This document shows, piece after piece, positions 29,354 to 40,472 of a stretch of 64,000 nt of DNA. Position numbers and translations under genes: made by a program. This DNA comes from Tubiluchus corallicola (lineage: Eukaryota; Animalia; Priapulida): the NCBI GenBank assembly GCA_030141605.1, contig JAQGDQ010000045.1, positions 806,001-870,000 of the forward strand, given 5' to 3'. Position 1 is the first letter of the stretch. The number at the start of each line of letters is the position of its first letter. The notes below the pieces were generated by a model. That model had not been told where the DNA came from. It was given only the letters and a program-made list of their open reading frames with translations, and searched no databases.

Positions 29354-32276
29354 GTATATGTATATGTATATATGGTGCTGCACTGAAATATGCTGATCAT
29401 AGCACAACGAAAATGTGGTAGGAGGTGCTAACTCATTATTATGAGTTTATACTACAATTACTGCTAAAAGTGTGTACCATTGACATGCAGATGTAAAGCC
29501 AAGCAACACTGTATGTTATGAAAAACACTTTTAAGTTCACTAGGTTGGATGCTTTGAATATTACTTGCTATTTTGTCCAAAGTGAACAGCATTACAACAA
29601 CATAGTGGTATAAAATTTTTTCGAGTAACCTTACTTTTCTTACTGTATAATTTGGTTTTTGTACATTCACTAGATGCATCTCACCAATTCTACCGCATTT
29701 CTGAAACTCCCTACATTGTCTAAAAAATGACTAATGACAGATGAAGTTTAGCAGCAAAGGTTTTTTTATTTGCAGCTTATGCATTCTTGGACTATGAAGA
29801 TAGGAGAGATGCAGAGGTAAGTGTTCATTGTATAGTAAATTGTATACTATATACATACATTTGTATTTTAATTTTAATGGTAAACTTGTATAATCTACAC
29901 AATTTTAAATAATTCATACACTTAATATGTTCATTATGTTTTGTTTGCAGTCGATGGATACTAAATAGTAACTTTCATTTTTAGATACAAAGTCTATCTA
30001 ATTTGTGTGCTTGCGTTGCTTTCTCTATAAGCTGCTTATTTTTGTGATCACTTGTAATTGTAAATTAATCTTATATGTACAAAATGTTGTGTACTGTTAT
30101 TATATTGTGCAAGTTCAAATTGCTAATTCAGCTACCGTATTATGTCAGGTTTTGTCGGTCTTTGATTCTCGGAATCTCGAGTCTCAGGTTCTGTTCAATT
30201 TGCTCAAGCGGGCAGCGGAATTCTAGAGAGTGTTTGTATGTTACTCACGGAAAGTAGTTGAGTACTGAGCAGTTTGTCAGTCAGAAAAGAGTTGTATGCA
30301 CACGGGCAGTCTCGGCTGCATAGTTCAATTCATGAGCCTGGCCAGTCTCTGCTGTTGCTAATCTGTTCAGTTCTTGGCACTATTTAAGTCTCTCACGATG
30401 CCCTGCAATGTTTCGTGCAGGCAAGATTCCTGGGTAACGTTTTATCTTTTTATATACTTTTTATTTTTCTGGGGATTCCAAGTACATATTGTTCACTTTT
30501 CTTTGAATACATTTAGTCAAAATAACATTTTTTAATTGGGCTGATATGTGTAATTGGGCTCAAATGGGCACATATAGCACTTTAGCTGTTATGAATATAC
30601 ATGCTAATTTTTGTTTAAATATCATGGATATGGTAAGTTTTCAAACTTATGGCACAGAGTGCAGTGAGCTACTAATGTGTTTAAATGCTTAGTAATTTTT
30701 AATAAGTAATGTACTCATTTTCATAGCACTTTGTTGCCCATAATTGAAACATAGTTACTATCAAATAATCATTTGCAAACTGTGATAACAAATCGGATGA
30801 AGTTGGAGTTTGTATGCGTGGTTTACACAATATAGCTGTTTTGTGTTATCAAGTTATCGTGAAAACACGCAAATCTAAATTATTTTGCTTTTTCTACCAA
30901 AGGATGTGTTGAACATGAAAGTAAATCAGGTAAGCAGGCATGTTGAACAAGTCATAACTCATTGCTTCATAATTTATACTAGGATGCAATCAAATACGAG
31001 AATGGAAGAGAAGTATTGGGCAACAACATAGTTGTGGAGTGGGCACGTGGGCCAGGAAGAGGTCGTGGGGGCGGTGGTGGTGGATTCGGTGGTCGTGATT
31101 TTGGAGGTGGGCGAGGTTACTATGGAGGTAGAGGAGGCGGTTTCAGAGGAGGTGGAAGATATGGAGATCGTCGGCCTGATCCTGTAAGATCTACTTACTA
31201 ATTTTTGTAGAAATTGTGGTAGAACTGATTGACGCCTTTAGCCGAATGTCATAATTACAAGACCGAGCTCCCCTTGTGTTAAACATATCTGGTCCAAAAA
31301 TTTTACCTGGTTAATGGAATACTGAGTTAACTACTTAAAACTGTTCAAGCATTCATATTGCCCTAGTATTTTGCCTATGGAAATTACCGCGATTTTCCAA
31401 GAAGGCAAGGCAATAATTTTTAGTGCGCAATAATTACACATTTAGCAAAATTATTTGTAGTAGCCCTACCTGATGCCTGCAACTCCTAGATATTGTGAAT
31501 TATCAAATGCCTGCTGTCAAAAATTCACCTAACATGTGTCTAAACAGTGTTTTTAAGTCTACCGAGTGATGATGAAGCTGCAGGCAAAACACATTTGTAC
31601 ACGGTGCAGTACATAGTACACCGCAAACATGACGTTGAATCCTATTTTAAGGTTTTTATTGTGGTTTGCATATTTTTTACCAGGTGCACGTATGTGAATT
31701 AAATGTTGCTTTTGGATTTTGATATTTCATTTCTTCGTCAGAACAGTAGCTAAAATGCAATTAGTTTCACTTTGTGTTAAAAATTTAATTTTTGATATGA
31801 TGAAATTGTTCTGTAGTCACGTGATGAGTGCTTCAAATGTCATCGCACTGGTCACTGGGCTCGTGATTGCCCCGAGGACAGAGGAGGACGCTCTAGTTCT
31901 GGTCGTGGACGCAGGTCCAGATCACGCTCCAGTGAAAGGTATTATTATGTTTCTGTTTTTGTTTCTGTTTGCCTTTTTATAGTAATACTGCAGATATTCA
32001 CTTATACAAAATTCAAAATATTTTAAATTTTGGAGCTAGGATCTAATCAAACCAGCGAAAATATGATTACATATATGACGTCATTATAAAATTTTAAACT
32101 TGTTTGTTAAAGAATTAGTTATGTTTGCTGATGTTTGTTTGCTCCACAGAATATTAGTCACTAAACAATCAATGTATTGGAAAAATAAATAAATAAACAA
32201 ATGAACACAAATTTATTAAGAAAATTTTTGTATTTTTTCTAGATCTCCTTCGAGAAGCCGTTCTAGAAGTGGCTAA
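22636..32276 (+). CDS. SR-family splicing factor (RRM + Gly/RGG linker + CCHC zinc knuckle + short RS tail), ~174 aa
   Basis: Exons 22636-22750, 28909-28920 (12-nt microexon), 29776-29816, 30983-31183, 31817-31938 and 32243-32276; total 525 nt, GT-AG and phase-compatible. RRM: VFVGRL..NTRQRDLEKIFEYYG...IKCGSGMAYAFLDYEDRRDAEDAIKYENGREVLGNNIVVEWARG. Knuckle: CFKCHRTGHWARDC. Tail: RRSRSRSSERSPSRSRSRSG. The architecture is SRSF7-like but the RRM looks SRSF4/5/6-like, so no symbol is assigned. Confidence 0.9.
22865..22990 (+). mobile_element. Degenerate tRNA-derived SINE fragment
   Basis: Contains GTCATACCAAAGACTTTAAAAATGGTAGCTACTG..CCTGC, which I recall as a widespread metazoan SINE core (possibly the Meta domain). 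Needs a Dfam check. Confidence 0.45.
23035..23317. mobile_element. Old Tc1-like MITE remnant
   Basis: TA|CAGTCTGTCCAAAAGTTTTTAGGAGC ... GGTGCTATTAAACTTTTGCAC...CTG|TA; the TIRs match only partly. Confidence 0.35.
24069..25410 (-). pseudogene. Truncated, frameshifted transposase remnant with coiled-coil and Ser/Lys-rich repeat tail
   Basis: ORF 25252-24143 continues into ORF 24278-24069 after a 1-nt shift inside the repeat array. There is a frame break near 25328, and the N-terminal/catalytic part is absent. Confidence 0.7.
24262..24490. repeat. 39-bp coding minisatellite (TSSSKSxxxKxxx units)
   Basis: GACTTGCT-like anchors at 24262, 24300, 24339, 24378, 24417 and 24453 (spacing 38, 39, 39, 39, 36). 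Confidence 0.85.
25435..25479. repeat. 21-bp inverted repeat with 3-nt loop
   Basis: CTGCTGCGTCGTTCCCTTATA-GTT-TATAAGGGAACGACACAGCAG, one mismatch. Confidence 0.9.
26935..27120. repeat. Degenerate (GAT/GGT/AAT)n low-complexity tract
   Basis: Visible triplet periodicity; this explains the spurious ORFs at 26869-27202. Confidence 0.75.
27197..27645 (+). repeat. Interspersed repeat, copy A (homologous to 40029-40472)
   Basis: Shared colinear blocks AGCATTA.GCTT.CC..TTTGAAAGACTT, ATCGCCAT, CCACTGATTCAC, TATTGAT.TTATTGACAA, AAGAGTGTGCT.CGAATG.TCTGATTATTT and CAAAATTTCAA. Confidence 0.8.
28909..28920 (+). CDS. 12-nt microexon of the SR gene (encodes G-S-G-M before RNP1)
   Basis: ...TTGCTAATAAAG|GAAGTGGAATGG|GTAAGT. 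Phase 1-1, frame-preserving, consensus donor. Confidence 0.8.
29318..29373. repeat. (TA)n/(TATATG)n microsatellite
   Basis: Directly visible. Confidence 0.9.
31684..31689 (+). CDS. Candidate 6-nt microexon (Val-His) of the SR gene
   Basis: GGTTTTTATTGTGGTTTGCATATTTTTTACCAG|GTGCAC|GTATGT. Phase 0-0 matches the flanking exons; flanking introns are 500 and 127 nt. Confidence 0.5.
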
Positions 32277-33644
32277 TTTCTTAAGACTATATATTATACA
32301 ATAAGTTGTGTATTATATATGGCATCTTATTATATTTTCTGTAAAACTGCTACAATATTTAGAGATTTGTAACTTTGTATTTTTTTTTTAATTTTTCATG
32401 TATCAAATTATAGTTGTTTAGACATTCCTTATTAAAATATTAATTAGCATAGATGTCATAAAATATAAGGATCCAGTTTGCTGTTTGATTTTTATTTATT
32501 TCAAATTTTTTCGCAAAACTTTCGAATGCTTTTAAATAATTATTTTATGAAGAAGTGGGAAGTTCTTTTCATTAGCTTGACGTTAATTTGCAGAGTTTAC
32601 AAAATTATACATAGTTCGTGGATATGGGTTAGGTAACCAAAGTTATATTAAAATAAGCGTAGTTAGCATGCATGCATTAAAATAATACCCGGACTTTATT
32701 TGCATAAATTTTTCACACTGAGGATAAGTTTTGCACATGCCTCTCAATTTTGGTTTATAGTTGACAAACCTCTGAAAAGCAGCTTTTACTATTATCAGTT
32801 CACCGAATTTCTTAAGATAAAAGATAACCAATAAAATACCACCAGTTATTGTAGGTCATCCAAAAAACTATTTGTTGCTGAACTTGTAGTGTATAGAACA
32901 ATATGATATGTAGCATATTGGAGTTTTTTCAAGTGATCTGTAGTGGCTGTGTAGTACAACTGAATACAAAACTTTTGCAAGAGACTGGTTACATGCTTAT
33001 CAAGTAATTACTGTGCTATTATATAATGTTTAAATATTTCTTATAAAACATGTACTAAGTTACTTTTAAAGATAGCAAAAAGTAGAAAGTTGTGCTTTGT
33101 TGGAATTGAATAGTTTTTGACTGAAAAGAAAGGTTACTTGTGTTCAAAGCCAAACAGCAAAGCTGTTACTTTGCATAATGGCTTACATCTTGACTTTGAT
33201 GGAAATGTGGCTGCTGACTGGTTTTTATTTTTTATCATCAAACATAAAAAGTATTGTACAACTGCATGCATATAATCTTATGTGTGATTACCTTCTAAAT
33301 GATTCATATTGGATTTTCATTTTTTTCTTTGATAATTGCTAATCTTGTTTGTATAAGGAATCAAGTTCTGCAAAATGGAAGCTTCTTAAGTTTTACCTCA
33401 TTTAAATTTGTCTGTACCACAACATTATTATTATTATTATTTGTGTACTGTTGTCAGCTAATAAAAACATTTGTGTGGCAGTACCCTTTTCTTGATGAAA
33501 TTTCTTTTCTGATATAAGAAAGCAACGAATTTGGCCAGGAACCGTGTCATGTTGTATAAACGAGGAGTGTTGACTGAGTCCATTTTAAGCTGTCCTAAGG
33601 TTTTGTGAATTTAGACATAGCAATTGATGATATGGTTAGGTTTA

Positions 33645-34166
33645 CCGTATATACTTGTGTACAAGTCGAATTTTTGGGGGCGATTTTAACGTGAAATTTT
33701 TGGGAGCGACTTGTACTTACGATATGTTTTTGGGAGATGTCGCTAGAGAGTCATCTACAATACGAATATGTAAAGAAATAATCCTTCATTATATGCTGGA
33801 CTGAATGAACACTCATACTGTGATACTTCACATTACAAACAATTATGCCCAATGAAAGGCCAGGCCGCATTATCATGGATTGCATTGAGGGCCCTCAACA
33901 CATATACATGTATATCTGTATACATGTGCATATATATACATCGGGTAGGCATGATATACTCGGCCCAGGCACTTCCATGTATCTTACACACTAACACAGT
34001 AGGATATTGATTTATTACTCGGCCATTGTTGACATCATTTACTCTGGAAGATCTTAATATTTTATGGTCGACTTATACACAGGTAATATATAAAATGATG
34101 CAATTTTTGGTATTAAAATGCACATCGACTTGTACATAAGGTCAACTTGTATACACGTATATACGG
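33645..34166. mobile_element. Tc1/mariner-superfamily (Tc2/pogo-like) MITE, 522 bp
   Basis: TA|CCGTATATACTTGTGTACAAGTCGA ... TCAACTTGTATACACGTATATACGG|TA, with internal CGACTTGTAC-like repeats. No ORF. Confidence 0.85.
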
Positions 34167-36329
34167 TAATAACTCTCAAGCTAGTATTTTTCAATTGTGT
34201 AAATAGCAGTTACTGTCTTGAAGTGTCTTTCCAAATACACACTAAATAACAGTGAAACTCCGTAAGCTCTTCAGTTTATTTGTAAGTACTCGATTAAACA
34301 CAAATAAAAGTAATTATTGCACTACAAATGCCTCTTTAAAATGTTGGTCATCAAGAACAGTTTAGAAAACATCACATCAACATATTAAAATAGGCAGTAA
34401 TACTATTTATTTACACATTAAAATATTCTACCACACATGGACAACAATGATGTGGTTATTGTATAAAAACTCATTGTTCAAATCGCAAATGATCCTGTAT
34501 TTTTACTTTGTAGTACTACCAATTAATTTAAAAATCAAGGTTCCATGATGCTGAGAAAATTATTGTTACGTGAGCTATTAATAAGATCTCTTGGTCATAA
34601 GTGTAAATGGAATTGCCAGTCCCAATTTAAATTTAAGCTGTTAGGGTCTTTTTTTACTCTGGTAATTTAACGTTTTTACAAGTGGAAAAATTATAGTAGC
34701 ATTTTTGGCTAATGGTTTCTTATAATAATAGTACAGTGTATGAATATTACTTATTAACTAACAGCATGAATATTTGATGCAAATTTGATTAAATTTAATT
34801 TATTTTTAAAGATTGAAAGTGAGAGGCGTAATACTGGCAACTGACAATTGTAGCAGATGGACTGAATTTATCATGATTTGAAACAGCAATGCTTGAATAT
34901 ATACCCATTCACCTGAATGGTTAGTTCCAGATGTATTGACCGAACAAGTTTGTAATCTTTATGGATTTACCGCAGGGTAACTTTTGTGGTTTTATGACAG
35001 TTTTGGGCAATTTCAAATGACCTGAGATTATACATTGCACTTTCGAGGTAACTACCACACCACTATAAAATAATTACTACATTATTTTCATTTTACATTA
35101 TAATTAATATAAAATTAATATTGCAACAAGATCACTTTTACTGTATGTATAACAGATTCAGGACTGGCTACACAATAATCGTGGTATACTTACATAAATT
35201 AGTTGCATATATCAGAACTTCACATATCTACAAAATAATCTCAATACAAAACGCCTCTAAAAGTGCTCTGCCTTTATAACAGGCTGCACCTTTGATTTTT
35301 AAATTGCAATGTAACATACTTTCAAACAGTGACGGCTACATGCTCTCATTAAACCTAATAACATATTGTTATTATATCGACAATAAATTATTCAGTATTT
35401 TATTTTTATAGACAAAAACAGATATTACAACAACTTAAATAAGATTATTAAATGGCAAAACACAACACAATTATAGTGTATAATTATTATGGATGTAATT
35501 CCAATAAAAGTGCATTGAAAACAACACCAGTCTGTGCATCATCATATGCTGCAAAAGTTTCAAAACACGATCTGGTAAAAATTAAAATTCTATTAAAAAT
35601 GATTATACGAATATTGCTTATTGGAATGAACTTTGATGCAACAAAGCATCTTTATCACATTACATGTACGTAGTCTACTTTAATTAGACTTGAACATACT
35701 GCTAAACGATTGAAAACTCTAAATGCGTAGGTATATTAAATGAGTTCATAGTAAATAATGATATATAATAAATAAAAATAAATAATAGATATCACTTTTG
35801 TATAAATAAACTTGAGAAAGGAATGTGAAAAAAATCACACAATAATTTACGACTAGTGTTAAACATCTGACAGAAATAGAACAAGTTTCTGTCGTTTTGA
35901 TAACAGAAGCTATATTATAAATTATACGAGTGCATAGACTCATACAATACACAGGTTTTCTGGTCTGGCAGTAGGATTCTTTAATAAGTAATTTGAAATA
36001 CTGCAAACGATAATGGGAACTCTGCATTAATTTTCACTTGGTAATATTTCAATCAGAACAGACTGTAAAATTTTACTGCTAGCAGGCCTTATTAAGACCT
36101 TTGGGTTATTACATTTAGCCTAGGCGTTTAAATAAAACTAGTCTGTCTAAGAGGCCACCAGTTTAATTCAGACTACCTAGGCGTAATCGAAGCAGTGATT
36201 TACAGTAGATGAACTATAACAACTAACTATGCAAATCAAATTCGATATGATAAAAAATAACATATCATGAATGTCTTTTATAAATAATACAGATCTATTG
36301 CTGACAATATTTACAATAACAACTACTGG

Positions 36330-36595
36330 CTAACTTTTGATCATTTTGTCGTTATGTTCATCTTTCCACTTGTCCAATGATCTTCTGCGGGCGTTCATGA
36401 AAAAATTGCATACTGTCGTCAATTCTAGGCCGAGTTGCTTAGCTATCGTCATTTGCATTTCTTTCGATGGACGTTGAGTTTCCTTAAAAATGGCCATGAG
36501 AGTTCGACGTTGAATGTCAGTAAAAACAAGGCGTGGTTTCTTCGGCTGAGGCGGTTGTGACACTTGGTGTTGCTGTTCCTCTTTTCGTTTGCAAG
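36330..36595 (-). CDS. ONECUT: ONECUT homeobox transcription factor, terminal (homeodomain) exon; CUT-domain exon lies beyond the window
   Basis: Acceptor TTTTTTGTTCGCAG|CT TGC AAA CGA gives (A)CKRKEEQ...PKKPRLVFTDIQRRTLMAIFKETQRPSKEMQMTIAKQLGLELTTVCNFFMNARRRSLDKW, with the diagnostic F48/M50. Phase-1 junction at LA|ACKRKE as in vertebrate ONECUT genes. No CUT-domain sequence was seen in 36596-64000. Confidence 0.96.
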
Positions 36596-38569
36596 CTGCG
36601 AACAAAAAACGCACAGGTTACTAAGCAACTAGGGCTCCAACACAAGCATGTCAATCTGCAAATAAACCTTTCTCTCAGGTAATGTCACTGGCTAAGCCAC
36701 TTTAAATATAGCCACGTTTCAGAGAGAGAAGCAGAGTGAGCGAAAGTAGTGACAAATTAGGTCTGTATGTCATTAGGTACTAAAGAATGCCTACTATGAC
36801 AGCTTAGGAATATATGTAAAAACTTTCTTGATGACGCATGCTGAGAAAAATCTTTGCTTTGTATTTGATATAACAAATATTGACATAACTGTTTTTTGGG
36901 ATAACTAATATAAATAGCTAGTAAAATAAGTGACGGAGACTTGACCGAATGCAGTAGACCAGTCTAATGGCCTTGAACAAACAAAGTCCTTCAATTAAAT
37001 ATGTAACCATATGTAAACAGCTATGGTATTTAAAAGCTCCGAATAAAGTTAGAAAAAAGTAAAAAGTCCTGAAGCAGAAAAAAGATCATAAACATGTCAT
37101 TTTTATTCAGTTATGCGTGTTCAGGACTGAGTGGGTAGATGGACATCCTTTACGTGAGTGGACACAGCCACCCAGAGTTTGATACTCACTCCGGACAGTA
37201 TCATTTGTAGTTGAAACACCTTTGCTGGTTGCAATGCCTTACGTCTTTGATAATGAGCTAGGTGCTAGTCATGCCACAAGCATTTATTGAGTAGGCCATG
37301 TCTTTGAATGATGGCTTCCGATTTGCAATGACCAGATGTGTAGTGAAGAAAATCAGCTGTAATGGTGTAATGTTTTATTTCTGTTGTTTTTGTATTCTGT
37401 TCTACTTCACTATCTTCAGTGGCTCAGGTTTTGAGAGTGTAAATCTCATATATTCCTTTGAAATCATTAGAAATGGTTTCGCTATTCCAACTGTAATGCC
37501 CAATTCTAGCTCATTTCACCACGTCTTGTCTTTCTTCAACATTTCTTTCGCCCGCAATTCTACTTTCGCGAAAATGGGCAATTTCTAGACCTTCCCTATT
37601 TCAAAGCACGCCGTTCGGGTGTAGCAAACAACCCTGTCATTCAGTGACGAACAGTGAATAGGCGCATTTCTTCCTCGCCTAATGGGACCTCGTCGAACAA
37701 CAAACATCGCGTGAACGCCAGCAGAGGATGAAGCCCCGTCGTCAGGTATGCCCATGCTAGTGTACACAATAATTCATGCAGTTACATAAGGTGTGCAAAT
37801 AACTGAAATACGGTTAACGTTGGCAAGTTCAGTTTCTCTCTCATGTCGAGAAATGCACGCCGTTCGTAGAGAGAATGTTGCACCACATTTTGATTTTTGA
37901 TTAATTTTATGCAATTTGCGGTGAACGTACAATAAAAGCGCACCATATCATTACTTTCAGTGATATGTGTGATATTCGTATATTTGAGCTTTATTTTGTT
38001 CAACACTTTTTGTGTTTTTAACAAATGATTTTAATTGACACAAATGATAATGCAGTTGACAATAAGTCTACATTTTAGTATTATGTAAATGTAAATCCAC
38101 TGCGTTAATGTTATTAACTTGCAACGGTAAACTTTTTTCTATTTGAAAAATTATAGCCAAGTAACCTGTATTAAATTGCGCGTAATCACCGAGAACATAA
38201 TTTAAATTCTGTTTGTCAGAAACAAAAAAGCAAAATCTAGTGCATTGTTAAGAAGCATTGAGAAAACTACTCTACATCCAAGAACTGATTATTAGTTCTG
38301 TATACTGTTCATAACATGACACTACTTCATATCTGTAACCACGCCAGTTAGCAAAGATGCAAATTAAGCTGTCAAATAGTAAAGACTGAATGTGTCTAAA
38401 AGGAGGCAGGCTTAATTTCTATGACATCGTTTGTACGTATGAAATATACAATACACGAGCCAAAAGAATTTAGTTGCGTTTTCTGAACACAAACGAGACC
38501 CGGAGCAGGCAGTTCACTCTAATTATGCAATTATCATAGTAGAATACCCAATTAGGGCGGTTTAGACGG

Positions 38570-38579
38570 CCATATAAGG
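38570..38579. promoter_or_regulatory. Perfect CArG box (CCATATAAGG) in ONECUT intron
   Basis: CC(A/T)6GG consensus, followed within 180 bp by three CGGATG and a GCGTGGG motif. Confidence 0.3.
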
Positions 38580-39639
38580 TCTGAATCAGAGTCCTTTTCA
38601 GCAGTTTTATGCATACATAAATAATTCAGCGTAGATAATGTAGCGTGAGAGGCGACTGAATGTTCGGATGCAACACGGATGTAGTGAGGATAAAAGGAGC
38701 AATTTCTGCACGGATGATCGAGAGATGTTCACTGATGTAGCGTGGGTAAAATCAGCAAGCGACACACCTGTTCGCCTCCACAGCTTCTCATCGCGAGAGA
38801 AGTAATCTACCTACTCCTAGAAAGTTAAGACGATTTCGCTGCGCACAAAAAATTAAAAATTGAACCGGTATGTAGGTGTACATTTTCTCAAATGGTTACT
38901 AATTATTTTTAACAAAGGCAGTACATTCATAACGAATGCAGTGGTTATAAAATTGAGGATAATCTCAGAACTAATAACTTTAGTTGTAGTCAAATTTAGA
39001 ATGAGCCCCTATCCACACTGAAATAGTTTCGTCAGTGTAGTAGTAGTTCGTAAGTTGCATTATTTTGTAGCCAGAACTTAGCAACTTTGCAAATGGTATA
39101 GAAAATCTAAAAAAATTAATTAATCACACTCATAATAGTTATAATTGTTTTTGCTAGGCAGAGTAGTATTGTAGCAGAGCTTGTAAAAACACATCTTTAG
39201 TAGGTAATATTAGATAAATATTATTCTAAAAAATTTTATGCGATCACCTATGAACATTTAGTTATCATCTTCGATATACATATAATGTGATATATGTATA
39301 TTGATACACATATAATGTGAGTGATGCAATAGCAATTATAACAAGACACGATGGCACCTTTGTAGATTTTCACATACTGTTGTGATTTAAAGATCTTTAC
39401 GTTATGGCTTATGAGTTTCGCTAACATAAGTTTTTTTGTTTTCATATTTTTACAGTTCAGCACATTACAAACTATAGCGTAGCACTCAATGGCAGATCTT
39501 ACTTAATGTAGATAGTCGTGGCGGGACCACGCCATCCCTATAAGATGAGACTCTGAACCAGCAGAAGTGCGTTAGCCGCGTGTTCGTGTGAATACACATC
39601 ATTCTTCATCAATGAGCTAATCAGTAACACGAATGTAAT

Positions 39640-39710
39640 CATCGAACTACCAAACCCAGCGGTCACCCATCCATTACTTAAAGGAAAACCGGACAATTGA
39701 TTAAACTCAA
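39640..39710 (-). mobile_element. 5S rRNA-derived SINE head (degenerate)
   Basis: Minus strand TTAGTAATGGATGGGTGACCGCTGGG resembles the 5S internal control region TTAGTACTTGGATGGGAGACCGCCTGGG. Confidence 0.55.
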
Positions 39711-40028
39711 TCTCACTTTAATTTACTGTCTAAAATATACATTGTCGGCCAAGCGAATACGACAGAAAAGCGCCATTGCCAGTCTTAGTGGATTGGCTGA
39801 GCCGCGCATAGCTTTGAGAGTTTAACAAAATTTAACTATCCGAGGTAATTATTATTTAATCTAAGCTTTGATTTAAAACAAGCTGTTGTAGTTTTCAATA
39901 TTTCAGAGCATACACGTACTTTATTTTGTACTAATGTTTACACAATCGTCCGGTTTGCCTTTAAAGGCGAAGAAATGAAAACTTTAAAGCATATCGTAAA
40001 AATGTTTTCATACGAAGTTACATTAATT

Positions 40029-40472
40029 AGCATTACGCTTGCCAATTTGAAAGACTTATGGATTTAGAAAAGGAAGCTCTTAATAATTTCAAATAGTCGC
40101 ACCACTTTGTAAAAAAACGGCGCTGCATCGCCATTTCTTTGTGTACCCACTGATTCACTAAATAACACATTATTGATCTTATTGACAAGATACAGTAATT
40201 CTTATATTTTTGCTTAATTAGTGAAGAGTGTGCTACGAATGTTCTGATTATTTTGACAAACTTTACCCAATATTATCTAAATTTGATTCAAACGACTTAC
40301 CGTTAAAATAGCTGCGCTTAACGGTCATCGCGGGAGTTTAAATTTACAAGTTTCATATACTGTTTTTCCAACCGCAAGCCTTGTGTGCAATGAGATAGCA
40401 TGCAAATGATACAAAATTTCAACGCGATTTTTTAAGGCTTATTTACGAAGAATGTTTTCTTGTGATATAGCT
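40029..40472 (+). repeat. Interspersed repeat, copy B (homologous to 27197-27645)
   Basis: Colinear with copy A, same orientation, clearly diverged. Confidence 0.8.

Noticed and set aside
33519-33575. Alternative last exon of the SR gene (RKQRIWPGTVSCCINEEC*)
   Set aside because: The acceptor is plausible but the peptide is not RS-like, and AATAAA signals at ~32830 and ~33460 lie upstream.
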